Of a DNA stretch of 64,000 bases, positions 26,581 to 35,789 are shown piece by piece. Source of the DNA: Candidatus Woesearchaeota archaeon (GTDB lineage Archaea > Nanobdellota > Nanobdellia > Woesearchaeales > JAHWHD01); NCBI GenBank assembly GCA_019323515.1, contig JAHWHG010000002.1:18316-82315 (forward strand), in the 5' to 3' direction. Within the stretch, counting starts at the first letter, position 1, and each line of letters begins with the position of its first letter. The notes under the pieces are model-generated. The model had not been told where the DNA came from, searched no databases, and worked only from the letters and a program-made list of their open reading frames with translations. A program made the translations under genes and the position numbers.

Positions 26581-27654
26581 TCAGAAATCACTCAACTTCT
26601 TTACCTTATCACCAATATAACTCACGATAGAAGTATTCCCGCCTTCGCCTTTGCTCTTTACAACAGAAATATACTTGCCCTGCTCAAGCTTTGCAATCCT
26701 TCTCTGGAAGAATTTGTAGTTTCGGGAGCCGCCTTGTGCCTGATAGATTTGATAGAGATCTCCAATCTTCTTGCCTGAGTTCTGTTTGATTATGTTGAGA
26801 ACTATCTGTTCTTCTGCTTCAAGGTCTTCTGAGTCCTTTATGGAGAATGCGTCAAGCTTTTCAATAGCAGTCTTTACATGCAGCTCTGTGATCTTTCTTG
26901 AGCTCTTGTCCTCGGCTGCGCTTCCGGATTCCCTTAACAGGTAGAGTCCAGAGCGGATGTCCTGAATCTTGAATGTCTTGTCAGCAACCAGTTGCAGAGC
27001 TGAAGGTTCCCATACACCTGGGACAAATGCGTATCTGGTACGCTCGTTAAGTATGCCGAGTGTCTCTCTTGAATTGTATGGCTGGAACTCACAGATTTCT
27101 GGTGTAAGCCTTGAGAGGATTCTCTCATCAAGCTTGTTAAGCCATTCCTTGTAGTTTGTGATAAGTATGATGGTCTTCCTATAAATCTCTTCAAGAAGAG
27201 GGTACAGGAAATCAAAGTCTTCAATCTTATCAGCTTCGTCAAAAACAAACACGACAGGTTTTTTGTTAAGAATCTGTTTAAGCAGCCTGAAAAGTTCATC
27301 TGTCTTCTTGTTCTGGACAAATCTCTGGCCAAGCTGTTCACAGATATAAAGAAATATCTTGTAAGTTGAGTTAAGGTTCCAGCAGTTGATGTAGATTATT
27401 AATACATCGTCTGTCTCAAGCTCAAGTTCCTCAAGCAGGTTTTTTGTGGCAGCTGTCTTACCTATTCCAGGCCTGCCATGGACAAGGATGTTCCTGCCGT
27501 TCCTGTTATCGCATAATGGTCTTATGCAGGCAGCAATCTGTCTCTGCTGAAGTTCACGATATGGAATGACCTTTGGTTGGTAATCATACTCAAGGGCAAC
27601 AGAATTCTTGAAAAGAGATTCATCGCTTCTTAATATGTCCTTAAATAATGAGAT
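26581..27654 (-). CDS. cdc6: Orc1/Cdc6 replication initiator (start codon unresolved)
   Basis: The track reports only 26581..27252 (from an internal GTG). The same frame is open up to 27654 and encodes ISLFKDILRSDE...YQPKVIPYRELQ...LVHGRPGIGKTAA (Walker A)...VVFVFDEADK (Walker B), then a winged-helix C-terminus. There is no ATG/GTG/TTG in frame upstream of Walker A. An ATG at 27658..27656 lies in the +1 frame (ATGAATC). Confidence 0.85.
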   Translation of the reverse strand: MSLFKDILRSDESLFKNSVALEYDYQPKVIPYRELQQRQIAACIRPLCDNRNGRNILVHGRPGIGKTAATKNLLEELELETDDVLIIYINCWNLNSTYKIFLYICEQLGQRFVQNKKTDELFRLLKQILNKKPVVFVFDEADKIEDFDFLYPLLEEIYRKTIILITNYKEWLNKLDERILSRLTPEICEFQPYNSRETLGILNERTRYAFVPGVWEPSALQLVADKTFKIQDIRSGLYLLRESGSAAEDKSSRKITELHVKTAIEKLDAFSIKDSEDLEAEEQIVLNIIKQNSGKKIGDLYQIYQAQGGSRNYKFFQRRIAKLEQGKYISVVKSKGEGGNTSIVSYIGDKVKKLSDF

Positions 27655-27749
27655 TCATACCACCCGTTTGAAATTGAATAATGGAATAAATAAAATGTTT
27701 TTAAGGTTTGTGGTTCTGGAGTTGATTTAATGTTTATAATCCGTTATTA

Positions 27750-29057
27750 TTACTTTTTTTGCTTTTTTGTTGCTTCTTTTTTCTTTTTCCCTATAACCTT
27801 GATTCCGTTCATGTAAGGATGAAGTGCTTTTGGGATATTGACAGAGCCGTCCTTGTTCTGGAAGTTCTCAAGAATAGCTACAAGCGCTCTTGAGGTAGCG
27901 ATGACTGTGTTGTTAAGGGTGTGTACCAGGTATTTCTGTTTTCCGTCGGTTGCCTTGATATTAAGGCGGCGTGCCTGTGCATCTTCCATGTTTGTTAATG
28001 AAGCGACTTCAAAGTATTCCTTTTTCCTGGGTGACCATGCCTCAAGGTCGCATGACTTTGCTTTCAGGTCTGCTAAATCGCCTGAGCAGCATTCAAACAC
28101 CCTGCAAGGTAAACCGAGTTTTTTGAACACAGCTTTAGTCAGTTCAAGCATTTCATCATAAAACTTGTATGAATCCTCTGGCTTGCAGATAACTATCATC
28201 TCCTGCTTGTTGAACTGGTGTGTCCTGTACAGGCCTTTCTCGTCAATGCCGTGGCTGCCTATCTCTTTCCTGAAGCACATTGAGTATCCTGTTATCTTTA
28301 TCGGAAGTTCCTCCTCTTTGAGTGTCCTGTCAATAAATGCTCCTATAAGCGGGTGTTCAGATGTTCCTATCATGTAGAGGTCTTCACTGTCAATCTTGTA
28401 CATCATGTTCTCCATCTCTTCAAATGACATAACCCCTTCAACAACCCTTTTCCTTATCATCAAAGGAGGTTCATAGTATCTGTAGCCTTTCTTTACCATG
28501 AAGTCGCGTGCAAAGTTGATAAGCGCCATCTGCAATAGAGCGAGCTCTCCCTTAAGATAATAGAAACCGTTGCCAGAGGTTTCTGCTGAAGTCTCAAAGT
28601 CCGCAATGTCTAGTTCCTCAGCAAGCTCAACATGGCTCTTGACAGGAAAGTTAAATGCCTTTACTTTTCCTATCTTTTCAATCTCTACATTGTCCTTGTC
28701 ATTCCTGCCGATTGGAACAGACTTATGTATCATCTGTGGTATGATCTTCATGATCTCGTAGATTCTGTTGCCAAGCTGTTCCTGTTTTTCCTCAAGATCC
28801 TTCAGTTTTTTCGGGAGCTCTTTTGCTTCCTTTACTTTCTTCTTTATGTCCTTACCAGCTTTCTGGAGCTTGTTGATCTCCTGGTTGATTATGTTACGCT
28901 GGTGGCGCAGCTTTTGGGTCTTTTGCATGATCTCGCGATATTTCTTGTCCTTGTCAAGGAGTTCGTCAACTAGCTTAAGTTTATGGTCCTGGAACTTTTT
29001 CTTTATGTTCGCCTTGACCTTGTCAGGATTTTCTCTTATGAATTTGATATCGAGCAT
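27750..29057 (-). CDS. serS: Seryl-tRNA synthetase
   Basis: ORF track 435 aa. It has the N-terminal coiled-coil arm (MLDIKFIRENPDKVKANIKKK...) and a class II core (YRTHQFNKQEM, GSGDLA-like CCSGDLADLKA, TLNNTVIATSRALVAILEN). Confidence 0.95.
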   Translation of the reverse strand: MLDIKFIRENPDKVKANIKKKFQDHKLKLVDELLDKDKKYREIMQKTQKLRHQRNIINQEINKLQKAGKDIKKKVKEAKELPKKLKDLEEKQEQLGNRIYEIMKIIPQMIHKSVPIGRNDKDNVEIEKIGKVKAFNFPVKSHVELAEELDIADFETSAETSGNGFYYLKGELALLQMALINFARDFMVKKGYRYYEPPLMIRKRVVEGVMSFEEMENMMYKIDSEDLYMIGTSEHPLIGAFIDRTLKEEELPIKITGYSMCFRKEIGSHGIDEKGLYRTHQFNKQEMIVICKPEDSYKFYDEMLELTKAVFKKLGLPCRVFECCSGDLADLKAKSCDLEAWSPRKKEYFEVASLTNMEDAQARRLNIKATDGKQKYLVHTLNNTVIATSRALVAILENFQNKDGSVNIPKALHPYMNGIKVIGKKKKEATKKQKK

Positions 29058-29224
29058 AGTATCACCTTATCAAGTATTTTGAAAATATGTATATAAATCT
29101 TTCTAGAACAAACTCGAGGGTTTGAATGTTAGATTGATTAAACATTTCATAGTTTGTAATAGGTCTTAGATGTATATAAACTTAATCGCTATTAATTCAA
29201 TAAAAAATAATTTAACAAAAATAA

Positions 29225-31054
29225 TCAGTCCAGAAATAATTCAATCTTATCATGGCGTTTGAGTGCGTTCATGACCACATTGCCAATCTTGCTTCTCTTT
29301 ATCTTTATCACAGCTTTCTTGCTTGACTTTGTTGTCATAAGGAACTCGTCATTGACATAGATGTTTACGTCCTTGTTGCGGTGCTTTGTGTCAATGAAGA
29401 TAGAGACTGACTTGCCAGAGAATGCGAAGTCAAAAGGAAGTGGTTTTTTGTTTGGCTTTACAATGTCGCCACTGTCGCGTTCAAGCGGCTGGACGTCAAT
29501 GTGCATCCCAATGCTTTTCTCAATCTGTTCAATGTTCTTTCCTTGTTTTCCTATGATGCCTGCTATATTCTCATCAGGCGCATAGACAATGCAGTTGTTG
29601 TTTGAGACTACCTTAACCTCAACGTCTGCGTATTTCTCAAGCTTTCTCTTTATGTTCTCTTCAGCTAACCTGAAAGCTCCTGTCTTCTCTGTCTCAGTGA
29701 CAGGCATGACTACAGTCTGCTCACCGTAGGAATAAATCTCGAATGCTGGTTTCGCTGTTTCAAAGTCTGAGACGACAACAACAGGTCTAGCAAGGTCTGC
29801 CTCGGTCATGCCTGAAGGGACCTTGACTGTCATCTCAAGGCTTAGCACCTTTGCAATTGTTCCGTTCTTTATGAATACAACAGTGTCAATTATCTGCGGT
29901 ATGATGCCCATCTCGATCCTGCCGATGAAACGCTGGATTGAGTCAACAGGGTTTGTTCCGTGGACAACTCCTATCATGCCGACACCTGCAAGACGCATGT
30001 CAGCGAACAGCTTGAAGTCTGAGGTGTTACGCATCTCGTCAAAGAATGTGTAATCAGGTCTTGACAAGAGAAGGATATCGTGTATCTCCGCCGGTGTTCC
30101 GCGGGCGATTGCGTACTGGGTTATTGCCTCTGAAACCTGGAGGTCGCGAGGAGCTTCAACTGTCTTGACAATCTTATTTTGAGATGCGTAGAACTCTGCA
30201 AGTGCAGAAGCGAACGTGCTCTTGCCCATTCCAGGAGAGCCTGCGATAAGAATGCCCTCTGCCTGTTCCTTTATCCTTGTAAGAAGTTTTTCGCTAAGCT
30301 TATAGTCATCTAGGGTTAAAGTTTTGACAGGTCTGACTGCTGTGATCTCCCATCCGTCAGCAAGAGGCGGTTTTGCAATCACGATACGATAGTTCCCAAG
30401 CTGGACAATTGTTGAACCTTTTCTTTCAATCTCGACAAACCCCTGAGGGTTTATCCCTGTTTCCTCAACAATCTCATTGGCAATGTCCTTGACTTCGTCC
30501 TGGGTGAGAGCTTTCTTTGTTATCTCTTCAAAGTTCCATGCACCTGGCCTGCCTTTTTTTGCAGCTACTTTTTGGTTCTCTTTGATATGGACACTCATAG
30601 TGGCAGGGTCGAAGAATTTCTCAAGCATGATTGTCCTTGCCTTCTTTGGCTCGAATTCAATGAGAAGGACAGAGATGCCTTTTGACTCTGCTACCAGAGC
30701 CTGGACCCTGTCAGCAGTCATCAAGGTAGCTTTCTCTTCGTATGCAAGAGCCCTTATCATAGCGTCGATTGCTCCGGCTTTTGCGTGCGTTATCTCAAAT
30801 TCCTTTGGCCGGGAGCCTGTGTAAGTTATTGAGAACTTGTGCTTTTTAGAGAGTTCTCTCAGTTTCTTTATCTCGTCAAGGCCGATGTAGCCAATCTCTT
30901 TATTGAGGTTGCTCTGGTTCTCAAGTTCAGATAGAACTGCTTCATGTATCAGGATTGATTTTACTTGAATCTCCTTTGCTTCAATTCTTTTTGATACCAG
31001 ACGTTCAATCAGGACTGAAGTGTCTGGAACAAGTTTTGTTATTATCTTTGCCAT
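29225..31054 (-). CDS. PIN domain - P-loop ATPase - KH domain protein (COG1855-type)
   Basis: The track ORF extends to 31252. I prefer ATG 31054 (MAKIITKLVPDTSVLIE = PIN start) because gtatataaac (31076..31085) lies 22 nt upstream, consistent with a leaderless mRNA. It carries Walker A GSPGMGKST and a C-terminal KH block (IAGIIGKQGKNIEQIE). Confidence 0.8.
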   Translation of the reverse strand: MAKIITKLVPDTSVLIERLVSKRIEAKEIQVKSILIHEAVLSELENQSNLNKEIGYIGLDEIKKLRELSKKHKFSITYTGSRPKEFEITHAKAGAIDAMIRALAYEEKATLMTADRVQALVAESKGISVLLIEFEPKKARTIMLEKFFDPATMSVHIKENQKVAAKKGRPGAWNFEEITKKALTQDEVKDIANEIVEETGINPQGFVEIERKGSTIVQLGNYRIVIAKPPLADGWEITAVRPVKTLTLDDYKLSEKLLTRIKEQAEGILIAGSPGMGKSTFASALAEFYASQNKIVKTVEAPRDLQVSEAITQYAIARGTPAEIHDILLLSRPDYTFFDEMRNTSDFKLFADMRLAGVGMIGVVHGTNPVDSIQRFIGRIEMGIIPQIIDTVVFIKNGTIAKVLSLEMTVKVPSGMTEADLARPVVVVSDFETAKPAFEIYSYGEQTVVMPVTETEKTGAFRLAEENIKRKLEKYADVEVKVVSNNNCIVYAPDENIAGIIGKQGKNIEQIEKSIGMHIDVQPLERDSGDIVKPNKKPLPFDFAFSGKSVSIFIDTKHRNKDVNIYVNDEFLMTTKSSKKAVIKIKRSKIGNVVMNALKRHDKIELFLD

Positions 31055-31075
31055 GCAATTATCCATTGTATACTG

Positions 31076-31085
31076 GTTTATATAC
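31076..31085 (-). promoter_or_regulatory. TATA box for the PIN-ATPase gene
   Basis: Gene-strand GTATATAAAC lies 22 nt upstream of ATG 31054. Confidence 0.45.
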
Positions 31086-31119
31086 TTTTTGATGGCCAGG
31101 TAATCTTTCGGTTGCGTTT

Positions 31120-31134
31120 GGTTTTTATCGACGG
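31120..31134 (+). promoter_or_regulatory. GGTTTTATCGWCGG motif copy
   Basis: ggtttttatcgacgg forms an inverted pair with 31226..31239 about 90 bp away, in the divergent intergenic region. Confidence 0.35.
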
Positions 31135-31225
31135 TAAATCCTTTTGAGACTTCTGTTTCGGTATTTTGCGAATTTTTAGATGTTGTTTGGAAGCTGTTAC
31201 TTCTGTTTTGTATGCTTAATTTTTC

Positions 31226-31239
31226 CCGTCGATAAAACC
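31226..31239 (-). promoter_or_regulatory. GGTTTTATCGWCGG motif copy (inverted)
   Basis: Plus-strand ccgtcgataaaacc is the reverse complement of ggttttatcgacgg. Confidence 0.35.
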
Positions 31240-31332
31240 ATAATCTCATCAAAAATAGAAAAGTATTTAAATAAAAAGCTCTAAAATAGTATATAAGCTA
31301 TTAAAATAAATTGAAAATGAGGTGAACTTATA

Positions 31333-31431
31333 ATGGCTGCAAAAAAGAAAAAAGCTGCTAAGAAAAAAGTAGCAAAGAAAAAAACAACAAAAAAGAAAGC
31401 TACAAAGAAAAAAGCTAAAAAGAAAAGATAA
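31333..31431 (+). CDS. Lysine-rich 32-aa mini-protein
   Basis: My translation is MAAKKKKAAKKKVAKKKTTKKKATKKKAKKKR. GAGGTGA (31319..31325) lies 7 nt upstream of the ATG, and a T-run follows the stop. It is below the ORF-track size cutoff. Its tail is near-identical to the C-terminus of the 38395..38571 product. Confidence 0.5.
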   Translation: MAAKKKKAAKKKVAKKKTTKKKATKKKAKKKR

Positions 31432-31444
31432 GCTTTCTATGTGA

Positions 31445-31460
31445 TTTTTTTATTTTTTTT
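31445..31460 (+). terminator. Oligo-T terminator
   Basis: tttttttatttttttt begins 14 nt after the stop of the mini-ORF. Confidence 0.45.
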
Positions 31461-31498
31461 ATTTCCTTATTTCTACTCACTTGATTTTAATGTTATCT

Positions 31499-33496
31499 TT
31501 ACGAGAATAAGTTGTCAAAGAACCTTGAGATGTTCCTGAAGAAGTTCTTGAATTTCTGACTGAATGTGAGTTCCTCTAATGTCACTGTGATGTTAGTGTC
31601 TTTTGTGTAGTCGTTGCCTGCCTGGTTATGATATGTTATCACAAGCTTGATGTTGTTTTCGCCCTGGTCAAGGTCTGAGCCCTGCATCATAAAGTTAAAA
31701 CGTTTACTCTCTTCAAGGCTTTCGATTGTCCATTCCTTTTTTGTGTTTTCAAGCTGGATTGTCAATGTTATATCTTCAGGGGTTGAATAACTTTCTTTCT
31801 CGATAAGGGTTTCAATGCTGAACTCGTCCTCGTACTTTACATTATCTGGGTAATTCAGCTCTGAAATCTTTATTGAAGGGATGTCGTAGATTTCCACTTC
31901 AAGGGTGTCAGTTTTTGAAACTGTGTCAGAGTCGATTGAAGCTATGACCTGCTTTATCCCAGGACTGTCGAAAGTAAGCTGGAATACTGAAGAAACGCTT
32001 TCTCCTATGCTAAGGTCGATCTTCTTGCAGTCAGTCTCAACGCAGACATCTACTGATGAAAGTTTTGTGTTGCCAGTGTTTTTTGATGTGCACTCAACAA
32101 CTGCTTTATCCTGGAGCAGGACTGTCTCAGAGAGCATGTTGCAGTCAAACTCAAGGCCTGGTGTGAGTGATTTCTCGTCCTTTGTAAGCTGTTCCTGGAT
32201 CTTTTTCACAAGCAGCTGCGAGTAGGTTGCAGCGTCATCTGTTGACTTGACAGTTACCTCAGAGGTTGCATTGCCAACTGAATGTACAAGGAACGGCAGG
32301 GTATAGATATATCCCTCATCAAGGTTTTCATCTACCTGGATTACCCATGAATATGTTCTTGATTCTTTTGGTCTTAGAAGTATTACCTGCGATTCTGGTC
32401 CGAGTATCTCAACATCTTTCGATGTTACAAGTGTGAGTTCGTCAGCTATGTAATAGTCCTGCAGGTTGGACACACTAACTTCAATCAGGTCGTATGAGCC
32501 AAAACCTACCTTTTCATAGAGCGGGCTTGCCTGAAGTGTTATCTTTGCAGGTTCTTTCCCTGTTGCTTCTATTAGTCTTGAGTTGACTTCAAGCTTGTTT
32601 GTGTCAATGTCAATGTTGTAACCTTTCCATTCATAGTGAGTTGCTGAATCTTCTGAGTCATGAAGTTCTGAAAGGATGATGTGTGTTGGGTCGATGTAAC
32701 CGAATTCTCCGTATGTGGCGTCAAACGGTATCCAGCCATAGTTAGGGAAATACACTTCAGCCCAGCCATGCGCTCCCCATTCTTCTGGGAAAAGCGGTGA
32801 GTTTGTATAAGCAATGCCTGAGATAAAGCGTACAGGTATGCCGAGTGCGCGGTTTATGCTGATGAACAGGTTTGTGATTTCGTCACAGACGCCTTGCCTT
32901 GTTGTAATGACCCAGCTACTTTTCTGTGAGACGTCTGCTGTCAAGGTTGAGAGGTCGTAGTTGATGTTGTTCTTAACCCACTCGGCAATCTTTACCTCTA
33001 CTACAAAGAGGTCGTCTTCACCCTGGGCAAGACTGTTGCCAAGGTCTCTTATCTCTGGGTTGATGTCAATGTGTTCAGTTGGAAGTGTGTAGCTTTGGAT
33101 GTCAGCAGGAAGGTTTGTGACAGGAAAGCGTACCTTGTCTGTGATCTTATGTATTGTGTTCCTTGAAGCTATCTCAGAGTTTATGCTGAACTGAAGATTG
33201 TTCTGTGATGGGTTTTCCCAGGTAAATATAAGATGGTTGTCAGATTCTTCTGGTTCAGGGGTTGTGATGAATCTAATCAGGTCCTGGTTCTCGCGGTCCT
33301 TTGGATAGAATGAGATGTTTGCAAGAACATAGTCCAGCTGTGAGTCATGGGAGCGCTGGATTGTGAGGCTTGATGAGATGTCAATGCCTACTTTTATGTC
33401 TTTAGCTGTGTAGTACCATGTCTCTGCAAGTACTGGTGTTGTTAAGATACTTGATAATAATAGAATAATAATATAGCTGGGAGATTTTGATTTCAT
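31499..33496 (-). CDS. Secreted transglutaminase-like domain protein
   Basis: ORF track 665 aa with a signal peptide (IIILLLSSILTTPVLA). The transglutaminase core has the Cys-His-Asp arrangement (TRQGVCDEITNLF...GAHGWAEVYFPNYGWIPFDATYGE), followed by Ig-like C-terminal repeats. Confidence 0.8.
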   Translation of the reverse strand: MKSKSPSYIIILLLSSILTTPVLAETWYYTAKDIKVGIDISSSLTIQRSHDSQLDYVLANISFYPKDRENQDLIRFITTPEPEESDNHLIFTWENPSQNNLQFSINSEIASRNTIHKITDKVRFPVTNLPADIQSYTLPTEHIDINPEIRDLGNSLAQGEDDLFVVEVKIAEWVKNNINYDLSTLTADVSQKSSWVITTRQGVCDEITNLFISINRALGIPVRFISGIAYTNSPLFPEEWGAHGWAEVYFPNYGWIPFDATYGEFGYIDPTHIILSELHDSEDSATHYEWKGYNIDIDTNKLEVNSRLIEATGKEPAKITLQASPLYEKVGFGSYDLIEVSVSNLQDYYIADELTLVTSKDVEILGPESQVILLRPKESRTYSWVIQVDENLDEGYIYTLPFLVHSVGNATSEVTVKSTDDAATYSQLLVKKIQEQLTKDEKSLTPGLEFDCNMLSETVLLQDKAVVECTSKNTGNTKLSSVDVCVETDCKKIDLSIGESVSSVFQLTFDSPGIKQVIASIDSDTVSKTDTLEVEIYDIPSIKISELNYPDNVKYEDEFSIETLIEKESYSTPEDITLTIQLENTKKEWTIESLEESKRFNFMMQGSDLDQGENNIKLVITYHNQAGNDYTKDTNITVTLEELTFSQKFKNFFRNISRFFDNLFS

Positions 33497-33611
33497 GTTA
33501 ATCCTTTATACTTGTGCAATGTATATAAATGTTTTTAAAAGAATGAGATAAGATTTTCCGATAGATTTATTAATAATAGAATAGCTATTTCGTTTAAAAG
33601 AGGTCTGGCTG

Positions 33612-34295
33612 ATGGATATTGGGTTATTTGCTATAATTGTTGCGATTGTTCTTTTAGTTATTGCGATAGTGCTAAAGCTTATGAAGAAGGCAGTGAAGCT
33701 TGCTTTGTTTGTAGGGATGTTTGTCACAGCACTGCTCCTGATGGGAGGGTATCAGCTTTACACAGATTCAATGAATTTTAAAGATGCAGTTGGCGGTTCT
33801 GAGAACACTTTCTTGTTTGTGGATGATGTTGTTGTTGCAGGTTTTAATTCTAAATTCGAGAGCGGTGAGGATATCGAGGTTATTAGTGCTGCTCAGATAT
33901 CTGAGTTTAACCAGTATTATCAGGATGAGGAGTATGAAGAGATGGTTGATGATGCGTATAAGATTTTTTTTGTGCATAAGAACACCTTCCAAGGTCTTGA
34001 CGAGGTTGAGTTCGGTGGGCAGATGTATGACAGGGATTATCTTATGCGGGTGCTTGATTCAGATGAGCCAAGTTCATTTTTTCCAGGGCTTGATGTTCCT
34101 GATGCAAATGAATTAAAAGCAGTTGTGTTTGCGTCAATGCTTAGCAGGATGATGGAGGATGAAGGTTCTTTCTTTATATTTTCACAGATAAAGGAAGGAA
34201 ACATAGAGGTGTACCCTGAGACTCCGGTTTTTAAGTTTGTCAAGTATGTTCCAGAGAAGTTTTTGAAAAAATTTATTGAGGTTGAAGAAGAATGA
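33612..34295 (+). CDS. Membrane-anchored acidic protein
   Basis: ORF track 227 aa with two N-terminal TM spans and an acidic soluble domain. No motif recognised. Confidence 0.5.
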   Translation: MDIGLFAIIVAIVLLVIAIVLKLMKKAVKLALFVGMFVTALLLMGGYQLYTDSMNFKDAVGGSENTFLFVDDVVVAGFNSKFESGEDIEVISAAQISEFNQYYQDEEYEEMVDDAYKIFFVHKNTFQGLDEVEFGGQMYDRDYLMRVLDSDEPSSFFPGLDVPDANELKAVVFASMLSRMMEDEGSFFIFSQIKEGNIEVYPETPVFKFVKYVPEKFLKKFIEVEEE

Positions 34296-34642
34296 GCTTT
34301 TTAGATAAGTTGAAGTTTTGGAAAAAGGAGCCAGAGCTTGAGTTCGAAAAGGATTTTCCTGACCTGGAGGTTCCTAAAGAGGACCAGCCTATTGAGAGGA
34401 CATTTCCGAGTGCGATGCCTGAGGACAGGATGAGGACTCAAGGATTTTCGTTACAGCAGCCCGGGATGCAGCCTGGTATGGGAGAGCGTGATCTTAGCGG
34501 GGAGAGGATGATAAGCAAGGATTTTGAGATCATATCTGCGAAGCTTGACGCTATAAAGGCACAGCTTGATGCGATGAATGTCAGACTGCACAGCCTTGAA
34601 AGGATTGCTGCTGGTGAGAAGCGTGGCCCAGGATTCTACTGA
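34292..34642 (+). CDS. Hypothetical protein with C-terminal coiled coil
   Basis: ORF track 116 aa. ATGA overlap with the upstream gene. Confidence 0.45.
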   Translation: MSFLDKLKFWKKEPELEFEKDFPDLEVPKEDQPIERTFPSAMPEDRMRTQGFSLQQPGMQPGMGERDLSGERMISKDFEIISAKLDAIKAQLDAMNVRLHSLERIAAGEKRGPGFY

Positions 34643-35027
34643 TTTCTTTATCATCGCGCTGTTTGTGGTTGCGATTGACCAGGTATCAAAGTACTTTGTA
34701 AGGAATCTGAGGTATGATTTTGTAAAGAACACTGGAGCTATATTTGGGGTGCTGAAAGGTGCAACCGGATTCCTGATAGTTGTTTCACTTGTTGTTATCT
34801 TCCTTTTGTTCTGGTACAGGAAGGATATACTGAAGCAGAAGAAGATTCATCAGGTGTGTTATGCTTTAGTGCTTGGCGGTGTTATTGGAAATCTTATTGA
34901 CAGGGTTGTATACGGTTATGTGATCGATTTCATTGATTTTAAGGTATGGCCAGTATTTAATTTAGCTGATGTTGCATTGAGTGTTGGTGTGTTGTTGTTG
35001 GTGTATTTGATAATTAGAGAGAAGTGA
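34623..35027 (+). CDS. lspA: Lipoprotein signal peptidase (signal peptidase II)
   Basis: VKNTGAIFGVL, LVLGGVIGNLIDRVVYGYVIDFIDF and VFNLADVALSVG are the conserved LspA blocks, including both catalytic Asp regions. The track start 34578 overlaps the upstream gene heavily, so the in-frame GTG 34623 is preferred. Confidence 0.75.
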   Translation: MAQDSTDFFIIALFVVAIDQVSKYFVRNLRYDFVKNTGAIFGVLKGATGFLIVVSLVVIFLLFWYRKDILKQKKIHQVCYALVLGGVIGNLIDRVVYGYVIDFIDFKVWPVFNLADVALSVGVLLLVYLIIREK

Positions 35028-35099
35028 TAGGATTCTTTGATTGAAATAGAATAAAAGACCTTGAACCATAAATAATAAAGATAAATAATAAAAAAAATT

Positions 35100-35714
35100 T
35101 CAAACACAATCATGTGGCTTGTAACCTTGCTTCTTTGCCTCAACCTTGTCATTCAACCAGACGCGGTTAGCTTTCTTGATCCTCTTTGCCCAGTCGCACT
35201 TAGGTGAATGATAGGAAGAGCCTGTCTTTGAAGCTATGTACTTGCCAGGTTTGTGCTCGCTCTTGTAGACGATTGAGTGCTCAGGCGTGATCTCTTCAAC
35301 CTTCATATCGTCTTCAGGTTCTTCGTCCTTTGCATAGTTCTCAACATGTTCAAGCTCTGGCTCAAATTCCTCGTCTTCTTCACCAGATGATGCAAGCTTG
35401 AGTATGTTTAGGCTGAAACCAAAGAGCTCAATCAATACCAGCGGAAAGAACACAAGCAACCTAAGGCTGTTGTTAAAGTAAAGGAAGATTGTGTCTCCTA
35501 ACAGTATAAGGAATATGACAAACAATACATTCCAGCCGCCAACATGGTTCATTGCAACAAGCAGTGAGAAGAACGCAAACAGCAGAAGCACGAACAGTAA
35601 AGCGAGTTGCTTGACCTGTGCAAAGCCTGTCATCTTAAGCGCTGCATCGATTAGCAGAACAAAGACCAGGACAAGGACAACATCAATAAATAGTAGTATG
35701 CCATTCTGTTTCAT
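35100..35714 (-). CDS. Membrane protein with C-terminal Ada-like metal-binding motif
   Basis: ORF track 204 aa with 4 N-terminal TM spans and an acidic linker. The C-terminal YHSPKCDWAKRIKKANRVWLNDKVEAKKQGYKPHDC resembles the short Cys-containing module (YH.P.C..A..I...N...F.S..EA...GY.PC..C) attached to many secreted or membrane proteins. Confidence 0.5.
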   Translation of the reverse strand: MKQNGILLFIDVVLVLVFVLLIDAALKMTGFAQVKQLALLFVLLLFAFFSLLVAMNHVGGWNVLFVIFLILLGDTIFLYFNNSLRLLVFFPLVLIELFGFSLNILKLASSGEEDEEFEPELEHVENYAKDEEPEDDMKVEEITPEHSIVYKSEHKPGKYIASKTGSSYHSPKCDWAKRIKKANRVWLNDKVEAKKQGYKPHDCV

Positions 35715-35789
35715 TATTACATCCCCCCAATTAAGTATAAATCCCTTAAACTCCTATTTAAGAATTTCTATCCTAAAGTAGTTACAATT

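Noticed and set aside
26934-27341. 135-aa alternate-frame ORF and plus-strand 26969..27154 within orc1/cdc6
   Set aside because: The Orc1/Cdc6 frame carries Walker A/B and winged-helix blocks across this region. The alternatives have no motifs.
27659-27749. Replication origin immediately upstream of orc1/cdc6
   Set aside because: Only 91 bp separate orc1 from the serS stop. I saw no repeated ORB-like elements or extended AT-rich unwinding region there, so an origin, if nearby, must be elsewhere.
28165-29082. Plus-strand ORFs inside serS (28165..28377, 28570..28761, 28632..28973, 28768..29082)
   Set aside because: These are shadow ORFs of the 435-aa seryl-tRNA synthetase gene. Their translations are Leu/Phe/Ser-rich and typical of antisense Lys/Glu-rich coding sequence.
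31055-31252. N-terminal 66-codon extension of the PIN-ATPase ORF in the track
   Set aside because: The extension (MMRLWFYRREKLSIQNRSNS...) has no PIN-domain homology. It runs through the TATA box (31076..31085) and the GGTTTTATCGWCGG motifs. The PIN domain starts at MAKIITKLVPDTS.
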